A stretch of 64,000 bases of DNA from a virus: positions 72,064 through 136,063 of IMG/VR virus record IMGVR_UViG_3300033802_000463. One strand, 5' to 3'. The notes below the pieces were generated by a model, which was given only the letters and a program-made list of their open reading frames with translations, had not been told where the DNA came from and ran no database searches. Positions within the stretch are counted from its first letter, which is position 1, and each line of letters begins with the position of its first letter. The translations under genes were made by a program, and so were the position numbers. Below, piece after piece: positions 21,455-32,417 of the stretch.

Positions 21455-22948
21455 TTATTTTCTTTTTCTTTTGCTGCTGAACATGCTGGAGATGATGCTT
21501 TCAGCTTCGGCTACCGTGTAGGTTTTGTCGTTTTCGTTTTCCTCGCCGGACCAACCAGGATTTGTGACACTTCCTGGCGCCGGACGCTGGCTTTTCATTT
21601 CCAGCTGCAGATCTGCGAGTGTATTTTCGAGCGACTCTTTTGTACGCTCCGCATGAGCCGCAATTGCCGCTTCACGCTCAACGCCAATCACATCCGGTTT
21701 GTTCAAGCTTCGCTTGAGATCAACCACTTTTTCCGCCAAGTTGCGATGGAGTTTTGCAAGCAGTTCAGCATTTTCAGCCAACAGCCGCTGTGTTTCTTGC
21801 TCTGCAGTCGAGACGCGCGTCGCCAGACGTTGGTTTTCCATTACCAGGTTGGTAATCGTCCCTTGCATCTCGGTGACCTTTGTGCGAAGCGCAGTCAGGT
21901 CATTTTCTTGAACAGATGTCGCAGGAGGCGTTGCTGCAGGTTCAGCCGGATTTGCCGGTGATTGTTGCCCTTCTTGCACAACAGGAGGTTCACCTTCCTG
22001 CTCCGGAGGCGCAGACTGTTGCTGCTGTCCTTCCTGAACAGGCGTTTCAGTCGGATTGTTTGCAGGCACCGGGGGTTCAGGAGCTTGTTGTCCTTCTTGA
22101 ACCGGTACTTGCTGATTTTGATTTTCAGGTTCAGGGTCCATCTTTGGATCGCTCCTTTCTGCGGTCACAAGACCTGTGATGAGTCGCCTTACATTTTCAT
22201 TCAGCTGATGATACAGATTCACATCAGGCTGGCGTATATTTTGAAACAGCCCTTCGGCGATTTGGTAAATCTCCATATACGCCGATTCATTCGAGCTGGA
22301 AGGTTGCTGGTTGTCGCCTTCAACAACAGACACGCTGATGTTTCCAGCATCTTGGTCTGCGGGTACATTCACATAAGAGACTTCGCGCCCATAAGTGGTT
22401 CCAATAATGAAATGTGCGGTTTGTCCATCGTATTCTTCCCCTGGATAGTGATCACACCACTCTTGAGTGCGGTCTGTACCGCAAATGTTACACGTTACTT
22501 TATCCGTCGTAGCCCCAATTGAGACGGTTTGGTAACGCCCATCGAGCACCTTCTCGATGGCCTCGGGATCCGTAATCTCACATGTGAATACCAGACCTGC
22601 CCGGCCGGATTTTGTTGTTTCATGAAATTCAGCCTTCAGAATGCGGCCGATCGGCTCTCCGAAATAATCGTTATGATGGGTGAGAACCGGTTTATTGTAC
22701 GGCGTCGTCCAACTGGTAAGTCCTGCACTTAGCCCCTCTTTCGTGTAGTACGTGTAGTTGGCCGTCCGTCCAACGTGAATCGCCTCCATCTGAACGATCA
22801 GCTTCCGTTTGCCGGCGTTTTTCGCCGATTCATTCAGCTGCTGGACAGCTTCCTTCGAGAGCTTCGGAATGGAGCATACATACTCGGTGACGCTTCTCGG
22901 GACCAGCTTCCTGGATTGATGCTCTGCAAGAGAATACAAGTGCTTCAA
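21455..22948 (-). CDS. Prohead protease-scaffold fusion
   Basis: PVL.HH...IGRI...VSIG...C.IC...C.H.PG..Y...EVSYVN.PAD, then a Q/P-rich linker and coiled coil. Confidence 0.8.
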   Translation of the reverse strand: MKHLYSLAEHQSRKLVPRSVTEYVCSIPKLSKEAVQQLNESAKNAGKRKLIVQMEAIHVGRTANYTYYTKEGLSAGLTSWTTPYNKPVLTHHNDYFGEPIGRILKAEFHETTKSGRAGLVFTCEITDPEAIEKVLDGRYQTVSIGATTDKVTCNICGTDRTQEWCDHYPGEEYDGQTAHFIIGTTYGREVSYVNVPADQDAGNISVSVVEGDNQQPSSSNESAYMEIYQIAEGLFQNIRQPDVNLYHQLNENVRRLITGLVTAERSDPKMDPEPENQNQQVPVQEGQQAPEPPVPANNPTETPVQEGQQQQSAPPEQEGEPPVVQEGQQSPANPAEPAATPPATSVQENDLTALRTKVTEMQGTITNLVMENQRLATRVSTAEQETQRLLAENAELLAKLHRNLAEKVVDLKRSLNKPDVIGVEREAAIAAHAERTKESLENTLADLQLEMKSQRPAPGSVTNPGWSGEENENDKTYTVAEAESIISSMFSSKRKRK

Positions 22949-22963
22949 AACAGTTCACCTCCT

Positions 22964-25162
22964 TCAATCATGGCGCCCAATCTCCTTTTCATCTGATAAA
23001 GCTTCATCCGAATGGATCGTCAGATCGCACTCGCAGTTTGTATGAAACGGCGGAATCTGATGAAACAGGATGGCTTCATCAATTTTGCCGGGATTGGATA
23101 TATCAATCGGGATCTTCGATTTTTCGTGACAATGCATGCATTCGCTTGCGGAAGCCTTCGGATATAACGTGGTTTCCCCGTAACGAATCATTGCCAGTGC
23201 ATACCCGTAATGATGGGTCTTCATCAAAATCGATTTGGAGATCGATGCAAGCCGATGCCTGATCGACTGGAACGCGCCTTTCACAGCCAATATGGAATCA
23301 AGGAGATTATCTGTTCCTTCAAGTCGCTTAACCAGAAGTTCATGAAGGTTTTTTTCGATGAGATCAATCGAGTTCATCGCTGATTCGTTAATCAAACGCA
23401 GTGCCATCGAAGCATCGATCGCTGCGAGCTTTGTTCGTCTCGCATCTTCCATTGCCCGATGAACGCCAGTTTGCAAGATGGAATATGCTTCTTTTTGGAT
23501 CAGCTGCTTCATGCGATCTTTTCCGAAGTAGATCGAAGATACCATTTGCTTCACGTTGTGAAGCGGGAACGCTTTTCGTTCACTGTAGCGTTTAAGCTCT
23601 TGAATCACATCGGTTTCCATTTGCTGATAGATGGATTCCAATGCGTTGGTCAGATCAGTGATACTCTGCCTTGGAATCTTATCCAAGGCGGATTCTTTGA
23701 GACTTTCAAGAACAATCGATTCTGTACTTCGTTTTGGACCTGATCGCTTGCCATGCTGATTCTCTGGCTGCTGCTTGTTATTGGTTTCACTATTTCCGGC
23801 TTCGGTAGTTTTGGCGCCGGCCAGAAGCTTTGGAATCTCGATCATATTCAGATATAGGCGAGATTCATCGACTACCGGTTCCATCGACATGTTCTTGCGT
23901 GTTTCTTCGAAGGTCTGAATATTGTGCTCGAACTTGTAAATTTCGTGTGTATCGAGCTTGATCCGCATTTCAGCTTCGATCTCGTTGAACACGAAGTTAA
24001 CTGCGAAATCAGGATTGACAACTGGATCAAATCCGCCTTCGATCAACAGCTCATCAATGATGAGGTTTGTAATTTGATATTGAAGAGCTTGCTGCCATCC
24101 TTTTACCCGGTCGGCTTTGATGCCGGTCATAGCATCTGCCGTGTTTCGGTTTGCGGTATCCCCGCGGCCCATGTCCACAGAAGACATGCCCATTCCGGTA
24201 AAGACCCGCTGCTCGAAATAATCAAGATACGGCTTACCGTCAATTGCAGTGAGCTTGACCGCCTCAATCTTATGGCGCTCCGGCAAGAGAATGGCGCCAT
24301 CGGTTGGCATATCCTCAATCACGGATCGAAGCTGTTCAAGCTCTGTATCAGTTGCCTCATATCCAGGCTTATCAATACCGACCGTGTAAGCCAAAAGCGG
24401 AAAAATATGTCGATACAGCAATAACGCGGCATTTTCTTCTATCTTTCGCAGAAGTCGTACATCATCAAGCACGGGAGCCAGCCACGGGAGCCCAAACGCC
24501 TCACCGGACGGCACATTGACTTTGATATGAACGACATCTTCAGGCCTGAATGTCAGTTTGGTTTGCTGGCCAGGCACCTCCTGTTGATAGGAGAGAACCG
24601 TACCGTTTGCATCTCTGGCAATCTGAATCGTAGATGGCGGTAACAAAAAGTACCCGGCAATCGGATCTTTGGCCGGCGGCACTGCCGTTACAGAAATCCC
24701 CGGCATGAGCCCTTTTCCGCCTTTGGCCCTTGCTTTTACAATAAAGGCGTTCGAATATCGGACCACATCTCGTGCAATTCCATGCCACAATTCTTCCGTT
24801 TGAACCCCTGTCGCAATGGCCATAGCTTCCAGGCGAAGCCTTAAATATTCAAGGGCTTGGTCGTTTTTCGCCTGATAAGAATATCCGGACTTAAAGATCA
24901 ATTCTTCATATTTCATAACCCCTTGCATGATATAACTATCACGCTCGATAGCGGTTTGAATAACCGAAAAATCAACCTTTGGCCCTTCAAAATTGTCTCG
25001 TCCGCTGCCTCCGCCTTGCGAGTTGGAGATTTGATAGCCAACTCGCTTGACGCCGATCGCTTTCGGGTCACGCTGGATGGCTCCTCCGCCGCCGCCTTTT
25101 TTGGGAGCGGGTGCATTTTTGAAGCCAAATTTTGATATGAAGCGATCGAACAATTTAGCCAA
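22964..25162 (-). CDS. Portal protein with C-terminal MuF/gp7-like domain
   Basis: F.PEDVVHIK...FG.PWL.PVLDD.R.LR; C-terminal C..C...PPFHTNCEC; TTG start at 25162. Confidence 0.8.
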   Translation of the reverse strand: MAKLFDRFISKFGFKNAPAPKKGGGGGAIQRDPKAIGVKRVGYQISNSQGGGSGRDNFEGPKVDFSVIQTAIERDSYIMQGVMKYEELIFKSGYSYQAKNDQALEYLRLRLEAMAIATGVQTEELWHGIARDVVRYSNAFIVKARAKGGKGLMPGISVTAVPPAKDPIAGYFLLPPSTIQIARDANGTVLSYQQEVPGQQTKLTFRPEDVVHIKVNVPSGEAFGLPWLAPVLDDVRLLRKIEENAALLLYRHIFPLLAYTVGIDKPGYEATDTELEQLRSVIEDMPTDGAILLPERHKIEAVKLTAIDGKPYLDYFEQRVFTGMGMSSVDMGRGDTANRNTADAMTGIKADRVKGWQQALQYQITNLIIDELLIEGGFDPVVNPDFAVNFVFNEIEAEMRIKLDTHEIYKFEHNIQTFEETRKNMSMEPVVDESRLYLNMIEIPKLLAGAKTTEAGNSETNNKQQPENQHGKRSGPKRSTESIVLESLKESALDKIPRQSITDLTNALESIYQQMETDVIQELKRYSERKAFPLHNVKQMVSSIYFGKDRMKQLIQKEAYSILQTGVHRAMEDARRTKLAAIDASMALRLINESAMNSIDLIEKNLHELLVKRLEGTDNLLDSILAVKGAFQSIRHRLASISKSILMKTHHYGYALAMIRYGETTLYPKASASECMHCHEKSKIPIDISNPGKIDEAILFHQIPPFHTNCECDLTIHSDEALSDEKEIGRHD

Positions 25163-25244
25163 ATGCTCTCCCCCTTCCCCAATTTGGCGCATAGATATGT
25201 CTTCATCAATTATAAACCGAAATTGTAAAGCATTACACTTTTAA

Positions 25245-26489
25245 TCAGGCATCGTATCCGTGATCTGATACATACTCGTCAACCCATTCTGCCGTGATTG
25301 CATTCGCATCTTGCAAATCCTCTATTATTCTAAAAAATTGTCGGATTTGCTCTTTCTTCTGGATCATCATGATCTGCTTTTCATAAAAAAACGACTCTTG
25401 TTGGTAAAATTTCAGCATATCGATTACGCTGGAATCGTATTTTTCTTGATTCTTTTGAATCGAATCGACCAGGATGCTGGCAAATGAATCGAAAGCAGGG
25501 CTTCCTTCTGTTTGATTGTACAGCCAGGTGGTGATCGAATGCGTGCTTTCTGTTTTCACTTTCTGATGAAACCACTGCTGGCGATTCACAAATTGCTCCA
25601 TCTGATCATCAATCATGACAAACTGCGCCTTGCTGGCTTGATGTGTTTGCTTGATATCCGCAAAACTAAGCATCAAATGGGCTTTTGCCGATCCAAGATC
25701 ACTGAGCGTGGACAGCCGCAGCACAAACTCCTTCATCCCGGACGGCATCACCACCTGCGGGGCTTGTACCAACATGCGAATAGTGTTCAAGATGCCGGCA
25801 AACATGACGGTCCGATTTCGATGTACATAAGCAGTGTCCGCCAGTGTCGTATGGAAGCTTTCCATATGACGCTTATTGATTTCGGTCGCAAGCAATGCTT
25901 TTTCTATAGCCGCAACCGCTGCGCTGTACTCTTCCGAATCGTCTTCATGCCCAAAAGAGGATTTCAGCTGGTCTGATAGCATAATGAACTGCTGCTCCAG
26001 ATCAATCCAGTTATCAATGCTTTGGTATTCCGCCTCAGTGATCTCTTTGCTGTCGGTTCGATCCGTGATCTGTGTTCGAAAATGTTCATCGACAAACGAG
26101 CGGCGCAGCTCGCATGACTTCTTCATGCGATAAAGAATGGTGTAAATCTCCATGTCGCCCGATCCTCGAATCCCGCTAAACGCTTCTTCATCGTCGATGA
26201 TGTCTTTGTAGGATCCGGCCTGCAAATGTTGCAGGTATGAAGCAAATGCCTCTGTCTGGTTGCGCTTCTCAATGATAGCCATCAGCGCTTCAATTTCTTG
26301 GATCAGCTGATCATAATCCATTAAGGTTCGGGCGATCGTAAAGTCTCTGGAGCGCTCAATTTTCTGAATGATCTTGGGATCGATTCGCATATCATGACGA
26401 TTTTTCTGAGGCTTCAGCTCTGGCCGGTATTCGATCTTTTCTCGTTCATATGGCGTATCAATCCCTTGTTTTCCGTATAGATCCTCCAA
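25245..26489 (-). CDS. Hypothetical helical protein
   Basis: TTG start after GGAGTG; between terminase and portal. Confidence 0.55.
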   Translation of the reverse strand: MEDLYGKQGIDTPYEREKIEYRPELKPQKNRHDMRIDPKIIQKIERSRDFTIARTLMDYDQLIQEIEALMAIIEKRNQTEAFASYLQHLQAGSYKDIIDDEEAFSGIRGSGDMEIYTILYRMKKSCELRRSFVDEHFRTQITDRTDSKEITEAEYQSIDNWIDLEQQFIMLSDQLKSSFGHEDDSEEYSAAVAAIEKALLATEINKRHMESFHTTLADTAYVHRNRTVMFAGILNTIRMLVQAPQVVMPSGMKEFVLRLSTLSDLGSAKAHLMLSFADIKQTHQASKAQFVMIDDQMEQFVNRQQWFHQKVKTESTHSITTWLYNQTEGSPAFDSFASILVDSIQKNQEKYDSSVIDMLKFYQQESFFYEKQIMMIQKKEQIRQFFRIIEDLQDANAITAEWVDEYVSDHGYDA

Positions 26490-26742
26490 AGCAATCACTC
26501 CAGTACACGTATGTAAAGCGCGGTGTTTCCACCGCGCCCCCAGGGAAGGAGAGATGAAGATGAGCCTTGCCACAAGAAAGGATACAGGGGATGATTTGCC
26601 TTCCACCTATTCGGGCCCGGCAACCGAACAGGGTCAACGCATTACTTCAGGCGTTCCAATCCTTTCTTTTGGCGGGTATTCGGATTTCATGGAAGAAATC
26701 ACCATTTCGATTTCCAGTAGTTTGTTTCGCTATTTGATCATA

Positions 26743-26934
26743 CTACGCCATAAAGTATCCTTGTTTCTGTACTGTTTCCCACTCTTTTTCTCCAAACCAT
26801 CGAGTATATTCACGTTCGTTTCCGTAACAATTTGCGATTAAAGTAACTTCTACATATGAATGCTTCATCCAATCCACTTGTTTTACAGGTCTGACACTTA
26901 TCACGCGCTTAATGTAATGTTTAAGCAAGTTCAC
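26743..26934 (-). CDS. Small hypothetical protein
   Basis: GGAG SD, 63 aa. Confidence 0.5.
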   Translation of the reverse strand: MNLLKHYIKRVISVRPVKQVDWMKHSYVEVTLIANCYGNEREYTRWFGEKEWETVQKQGYFMA

Positions 26935-26982
26935 AGGTTCACTCCTTCCGCCAATTGGTTAAGTTAAATAAACTTAACTAAA

Positions 26983-27780
26983 CTAGAATTTAGCACGAGT
27001 CGGCTTGTACCGCGTATTGCCGCGCCCCCAAGGCGACGCTGCTGCAGCGCGCTTGGAATAACCAAGCGGAACCTTATTCCAATGCCATGCCGGATTGTCT
27101 TTTGGCTCTCTTTCTCTCGTTTTTTGCTGCGGCTTAAACACATCGCGTGCGCCGCCAAATACTTTTTCGGCAATTTTTTCTTCCGTTTTGCTTTTGATTG
27201 GAATGGTTTTACGAGCCACTTTGACTTCTTCCAGAATCTTTGTGATGTCCGGAAACTCCAGCGTAAATCCAAGAATGGTAAGCATGAAGGCATCAAGCGC
27301 GTGCTCGTTTTCAGATGTGTAAATTGGTCGCCCGTTTTGTGTGATTTTGACGACCTGATAATCCATCATTTGCTTCCAGATCATCTCATCGAAAGGCGAG
27401 AGCAGGATTTGATCCCGATCCAACAAAATGGAAGTCTGATTCACCATGAACGGTTTGACATCTTTCATGTCCACTTCCCGGGTTCCAGGGTCGCGAATTT
27501 CAATCTTTGAACCAAAGTGAATGCCTTTGACCTTTCGATCCAGTCCTGATCTTGGATTTTCCCGGCCGTGCAGCCGCAGCATTTCAATCTGATATTCACC
27601 GAAACCGCGGTCAATGTAAATGAATTTTGGATCATAAATCTCGTTTAATTCGATGATCTTTTTCACTGCGTTGTCCAGCGTAAATTCGCCGCGCGTGATC
27701 TCTGCGCGCATACAAACTCTGAACTTTTTGTAAAGCTCATCAAATTCAGTCACAACAATTTGAGTGGCTGCACCATATTT
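26983..27780 (-). CDS. terL: Terminase large subunit, exon 2 (nuclease domain)
   Basis: KYGAATQIVV...IYIDRGFGE...EHALDAFML; joins exon 1 in frame as GVDWD-KYGA. Confidence 0.85.
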   Translation of the reverse strand, partial: KYGAATQIVVTEFDELYKKFRVCMRAEITRGEFTLDNAVKKIIELNEIYDPKFIYIDRGFGEYQIEMLRLHGRENPRSGLDRKVKGIHFGSKIEIRDPGTREVDMKDVKPFMVNQTSILLDRDQILLSPFDEMIWKQMMDYQVVKITQNGRPIYTSENEHALDAFMLTILGFTLEFPDITKILEEVKVARKTIPIKSKTEEKIAEKVFGGARDVFKPQQKTREREPKDNPAWHWNKVPLGYSKRAAAASPWGRGNTRYKPTRAKF

Positions 27781-28728
27781 CAGTTGTGTTACGTCCCACC
27801 CGCTTCCGATAGGACTCTGCATGTTTCCATGCAGCTCAGACTATATCATCACCCTCTTTTGAGGGGCCGGGCGCTTCGAGCTCGCTTGAACCCTACTCCC
27901 TTGCGGGATAGTCGTTGCACCTTCCTGCCTTCTGGCAGGCTTGGCTCAGGATTGCCCTCGTCTTTACGTTAGGGGTTTCCCTGAGTTCACCCGGTTTTAT
28001 TCGACGGGATTACTCCCGAAGGGGACTTAAATTGTTAACATATCGCTCGAACTTTTCGAGCTTTCGGTGAAGATAGATTGTTGATCCATCGTACAAATAC
28101 CGATGCATTTTCTCAACATTCTCTCTGGAATGAATGCTTAACATCCATGCTTGGCTTTTCACGTTTTGATCCATTGCTTTCTCGGATAATGAAACCCCAG
28201 CTTCTGTCTCTAACGTATTAGCCAATTTTTCAAGAAACTTCTTGCCGCCAATAAAATCAATTCTTGCTCTGTTGCCATAGAGCTTGATGCTACCATCACC
28301 ATCGAAGAACCCTCGAACATAGTGTCTCATCAAGCCACCATGAAGATCAGGAAAATGATCATTGAGTGTTTTCTGAGGCACGATTCCTTGGTGCATCAAA
28401 GCCTCACAGAATGGCTTAGAATTGATTTTAACTGTGCAGCTCGTGTATTCTTTTCCGTTTGCTCTAATGAGCTTGTCGGACACCTTATAGGTTGAATCCA
28501 CGGCTTCGTTGAATTTTATCAAATGATCTTTATCCTTACCAGATAAATTCATTTGAAAGCGGTAGGTGGTTTCCTGGATGTAAATGCATCCATCTGCCTG
28601 AATGAATCCCAGCCAATATGCTTTTGCCTCAGAATCAATCGCTTTGAAGTAATCTTCATTCACATGATTTCTTCTGGCATTTGCATTATAGCCTCGACCC
28701 ATTCGTTTCACCTCTATGCCACTTTTCT
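27781..28728 (-). mobile_element. Group I intron (948 nt) in terL
   Basis: Exon ends in U (GGGAU); IGS GUCCC at 28022-28026; terminal G at 27781; core CCGGGTGAACTCAGGGAAAC, GCAATCCTGAGCCAAG, GCAACGACTA (27909-27918), GATATAGTCTG (27837-27847). Confidence 0.9.
28010..28711 (-). CDS. LAGLIDADG homing endonuclease (intron-encoded, two motifs; likely ATG 28702)
   Basis: AYWLGFIQADGCI and HYVRGFFDGDGSI; YL.RK. Confidence 0.9.
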   Translation of the reverse strand: MKRMGRGYNANARRNHVNEDYFKAIDSEAKAYWLGFIQADGCIYIQETTYRFQMNLSGKDKDHLIKFNEAVDSTYKVSDKLIRANGKEYTSCTVKINSKPFCEALMHQGIVPQKTLNDHFPDLHGGLMRHYVRGFFDGDGSIKLYGNRARIDFIGGKKFLEKLANTLETEAGVSLSEKAMDQNVKSQAWMLSIHSRENVEKMHRYLYDGSTIYLHRKLEKFERYVNNLSPLRE

Positions 28729-29685
28729 ATCCCAGTCTACCCCGATAATGCGATAAGCTGGAGGTGCGGGCTTATTTTTAGTATAAGGCCCAAAGTACAC
28801 AATGTCATCCAGATTTATCCCTTGATTGCTGTACTGTTCCTTCTCCCACTCATTTAATTCACGATAAGAATACAAGTATTGCGATTTTGCTCGCTCTACC
28901 GCGGATTTATTGAAAACTCCAACCGTCTCTTCACCAAATTCAGCCAACACCTCATGAATGTAGGCCTGTTCGGTCATTGTCGCACGCAGCTCGCCTTCGA
29001 ACTTGGGATCCCAGTCAGGGTTTACCATCGAAGGAAAGTAGTATGATTTATAGCCGGTTTTCGGATTTGTGCAGATCTCATAGAAGAAGTCGCGTTTTCC
29101 TGTCGGCGTGGACGAACACCATATGCCGATCCGCTTCGGATCTTCGTTGGCGATCGCCGTTGTGGCGTCAATACCATTCCGATCCATATAGTCGCATTCA
29201 TCAAGAAACAACCAATCTGCCCGCTGACCGCGGATGGAAGCGCCAGCATTACCGCTGGTTGCGCCGACCGTGAACCCCATGATCGTGGAACCATTCGCAA
29301 ACTGAATGATGAAAGGATTCTTGGTTCTCGACACCTGGGAGCTCAGCAGCTCTTCGCAGCCATCGATCATTTCAGCAAGACGCATGAAGATCAAGCGAAC
29401 TTGGTTTTCATATGGGGCCGCAATGATAAGCCTTGCATTTTCGTGATGGAACGCATACCAGAGACAGAATACGACCATGGTTTCCGTCTTTCCTACCCGC
29501 CGCCCCATACGAACAGCAAGACGCCTTACACCCTTCATGATGTCTCGAATGAGCTTCTTTTGATACCATCTGGCTTTCCATGGATTTCCCTTTGGGTCTT
29601 TCAGTTTCCAATAGGCCCACTTTACAGGGTCAGAACGTATTTCCAGTTCAAGTTTTTCAAGATCCTGTTCCTGGATTGCATTCAT
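28729..29685 (-). CDS. terL: Terminase large subunit, exon 1 (ATPase domain)
   Basis: WYQ motif, GRRVGKT Walker A, LFLDE Walker B, SSTP, EVLAEF, IIGVDWD. Confidence 0.9.
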
Positions 29686-29697
29686 AAATGCTCACCG

Positions 29698-31274
29698 TCA
29701 TCGCAGGACTCGGCCAGTTGAAGACTGCTTCACTCCGTCTGATGCGCCTCCGCCTATCGTGACCGTTCCAAGTTCATTTCTGATTACGGTAGCGCCAGCG
29801 TCTCCCCCGGCTTGCGACGCTTTCCATTTCCGATGTGCCTCCCGCAAAGCATCCCAATCTTTATCACTGGCTGCGACCTGTGATGCCCGGCTTGCGACGC
29901 TTTCGCCAATTGCTTGAGCCCGCTGCGCGGTTCTGCTAAAGAGCCCTTTGATTGCGTGGCGGTTTCGATACCCAAGGAAGCCGGCACCGGCTACCGCGGC
30001 CATTCCGAAGATGCCGCTCCACGAAATTCCTTGATCTGCTGATTGATACGGTTGATTACTTTGAAGCATTGGACCTCATCCTCCTTTTGTCTTGGCTACG
30101 AATCAATAAGGCTTTGCGGCGCCGCGGGCGTGATTAGCCATGATCGCGGAAGCGTTCTGTCGAGCACTCATGACATTGCTAAGCCCCATTTGCTTCATGT
30201 ATTGTTGACCTTCGTTTTGTGTGAATCCGCCGCTAAAGCCAATGCTCTTGGCGCCGATTCCTGATTTCATCTGATCAAAGCTTCTGGCGACTTCGGGGGC
30301 TACTTGAAGGGCTGCCAAACCAAGCATCGTGGCAAATCCGCCAGGCACCATATTCCACAATGCGTTGGTGACCAACGCCTTGCCAATCGCCACCGGCGCT
30401 GATTTTCCCTCTCTCATGCTCATGTATGCATCTATCCCGATGAAGCCATAGCCGGCTATGCTGCCGATGGATTTCATGATGCCGCCTTTCGCGGTAGCAG
30501 GAATCGGATTTTGAGTGTTGGCATTCGGGTTTTTTGCCATGACTCATCATCCTCCATGCCTTAAATTATGAAGTGCAAAAACCAGATCTCCGGAAGCGAC
30601 TACTGGATCGAAGGATTCTACTCTTTGACCACTGCTTTCGCCGCGCCTTTGATATGCGGCCGGATACATTACGCCGTCTGCTGTCGTTTGCGGCAGCGCA
30701 TAAATATTCGGATCCAGATTATAAACCAGAGCTGTGTCACGATGATATTGGTTCTTCTGAGAGATCCCAGTGCCAACCGCATAGGCGCTGATCCCCGTAA
30801 ACGCGATTGCTTTTCCTTTTCCGGATAAACCAATCCCGGTCCACAGATTGTTTACGTTTCTTGGATTTCCTGTCTCGAACAAACTACGTATGAATTTCCC
30901 GTTAAATCTCGCCATCTGAATCCACCGCCTTAAATGAGCGGCAAGCCGACTAAATCCCGTCGCCCTGATGCATTTCTAGTAACGCTGCCTCCGGATGCAA
31001 CCCTTCCGACCGCATCCAAGACAGCATATCCGCCCAGTCCAACTGCCGCTACACGGCCCATGCTAAAGCTTCCTGGACCATAAGTGAACTCGTCGGCTGT
31101 CCCATTGCGCACCGCAGCGCGATAAGCCGCTTTGGCTTTTTCATTGCGCAAAATGTACGTCAGGTTGTTGAACGAAGCATCTCCGCGCCAAGTTCGTTGC
31201 GCATCCAGAGCAAAACGCTTGGCGCTTCTTGAAATTCCATTCCAAGCATTCAGGGCAATGTTTGCTTTTGTCAT
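29698..31274 (-). CDS. Four small Gly/Ala-rich basic proteins with hydrophobic segments (29698-30069, 30103-30540, 30547-30915, 30930-31274)
   Basis: Consecutive ORFs with SDs; grouped, function unknown. Confidence 0.55.
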
Positions 31275-31314
31275 TTCAATCCTTCCTTTCCGTGTGGTGT
31301 GGTTTTATGAGAAC

Positions 31315-32058
31315 TTATTCGGTCTCATCCAATCCAATCGGTTCCACATCAATGATCGTATTATTGCTTTGAGCCATTCGACGGTAATACGCCTCTTCAG
31401 CTTCTTGTTCCTCTTCTTCCAATTTTTTAAGATCGTTTTGCAGCTTGAGCATTTCTGCTGCCCGCTGAGAGGCATCCAGCACAAAGGTTGTCTTGCTGCC
31501 TTCCCGATCCTTCCGTGTGCTGTTTAAGAGCTGAAGCGTTTTGTGTTTCGAAGCCAGAAGCTTTTGTTTGTATTCAACGGCCGGATGGAGTTCGGATCGG
31601 GTAAGAGCGTCCCCGTCTTCTGTAACGCTAACGGTATTCTCAATAATAAAGTCAGCATCAATGGCCATTTTATTATCACAACGGAGAATCTGGATATCCA
31701 GATCTACAACCTCTTTCACCATAATCAAATCCACCGTGCTGTTCGGATCATCCCGATCAATCTTCAGCGCCGTGATATACCGGTCAAACAAGTCTTCGAT
31801 CGCTGCAATTTCAATCGGACATTTTTCCCCGTGCGGCGCCAGCTGCATTTGAAACAGTTGACAAGAATCTTTATAAGGACAGCCATTGGATTTGCATATA
31901 ATCGGAACGCTGGCATAAAGGCCGTGCTTTGTATTGCGCAATCGTTTGGCCACTTCAATGGCCTGAACCGCATTCGGGTTTTGCGTCCATGCGGTTGGGT
32001 TCAGATTTTGGGACACCACAAGCTTTCCCGCTTCTGTTTTCGGCCCTGTTCTGCTCAT
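31315..32058 (-). CDS. Putative terminase small subunit
   Basis: TGPKTEAGK and NTKHGLYA motifs, Cys cluster, HPAV; first gene of the late operon. Confidence 0.55.
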   Translation of the reverse strand: MSRTGPKTEAGKLVVSQNLNPTAWTQNPNAVQAIEVAKRLRNTKHGLYASVPIICKSNGCPYKDSCQLFQMQLAPHGEKCPIEIAAIEDLFDRYITALKIDRDDPNSTVDLIMVKEVVDLDIQILRCDNKMAIDADFIIENTVSVTEDGDALTRSELHPAVEYKQKLLASKHKTLQLLNSTRKDREGSKTTFVLDASQRAAEMLKLQNDLKKLEEEEQEAEEAYYRRMAQSNNTIIDVEPIGLDETE

Positions 32059-32240
32059 CGGTCATCCTCCCTCCAAAAGCAATAAGAGGTAGCACCATGC
32101 CCCCTCTATGTCCGAATCGGTGCTTTATAGGCGGTCTACCCCTTATAAATTATTGTACATATTATTGAGACTGTACCCGAATGCAATCAAAGATGATCAC
32201 AAAAAAGGAGCCACATCTAGGAGCTCCAATGAATCATATC

Positions 32241-32417
32241 TTATCCGGTTTCGTTGTTTTTCTTTACATTCCTGAAATTACCTCTTAATTTTTCGTCTGC
32301 CTCAAGTCCAAGAAGCATAAGCCGTCTTGCCTCGTGGGCTTGATCGCCTTTTGCGATGGGTTTGAAATGATCTCTTAACTTACTGTCTGATTCGCGCAAT
32401 GTAACCTGAAGTCTCAT
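32241..32417 (-). CDS. ParR-like ribbon-helix-helix protein (58 aa, absent from ORF track)
   Basis: ATGA overlap with the ParM stop; MRLQVTLRESDSKLRDHF...AHEARRLMLLGL strand-helix-helix pattern. Confidence 0.6.
   Translation of the reverse strand: MRLQVTLRESDSKLRDHFKPIAKGDQAHEARRLMLLGLEADEKLRGNFRNVKKNNETG

Noticed and set aside
27781-28728. Intein in the terminase
   Set aside because: In-frame stop after exon 1, separate endonuclease ORF and clear group I RNA core indicate an intron.
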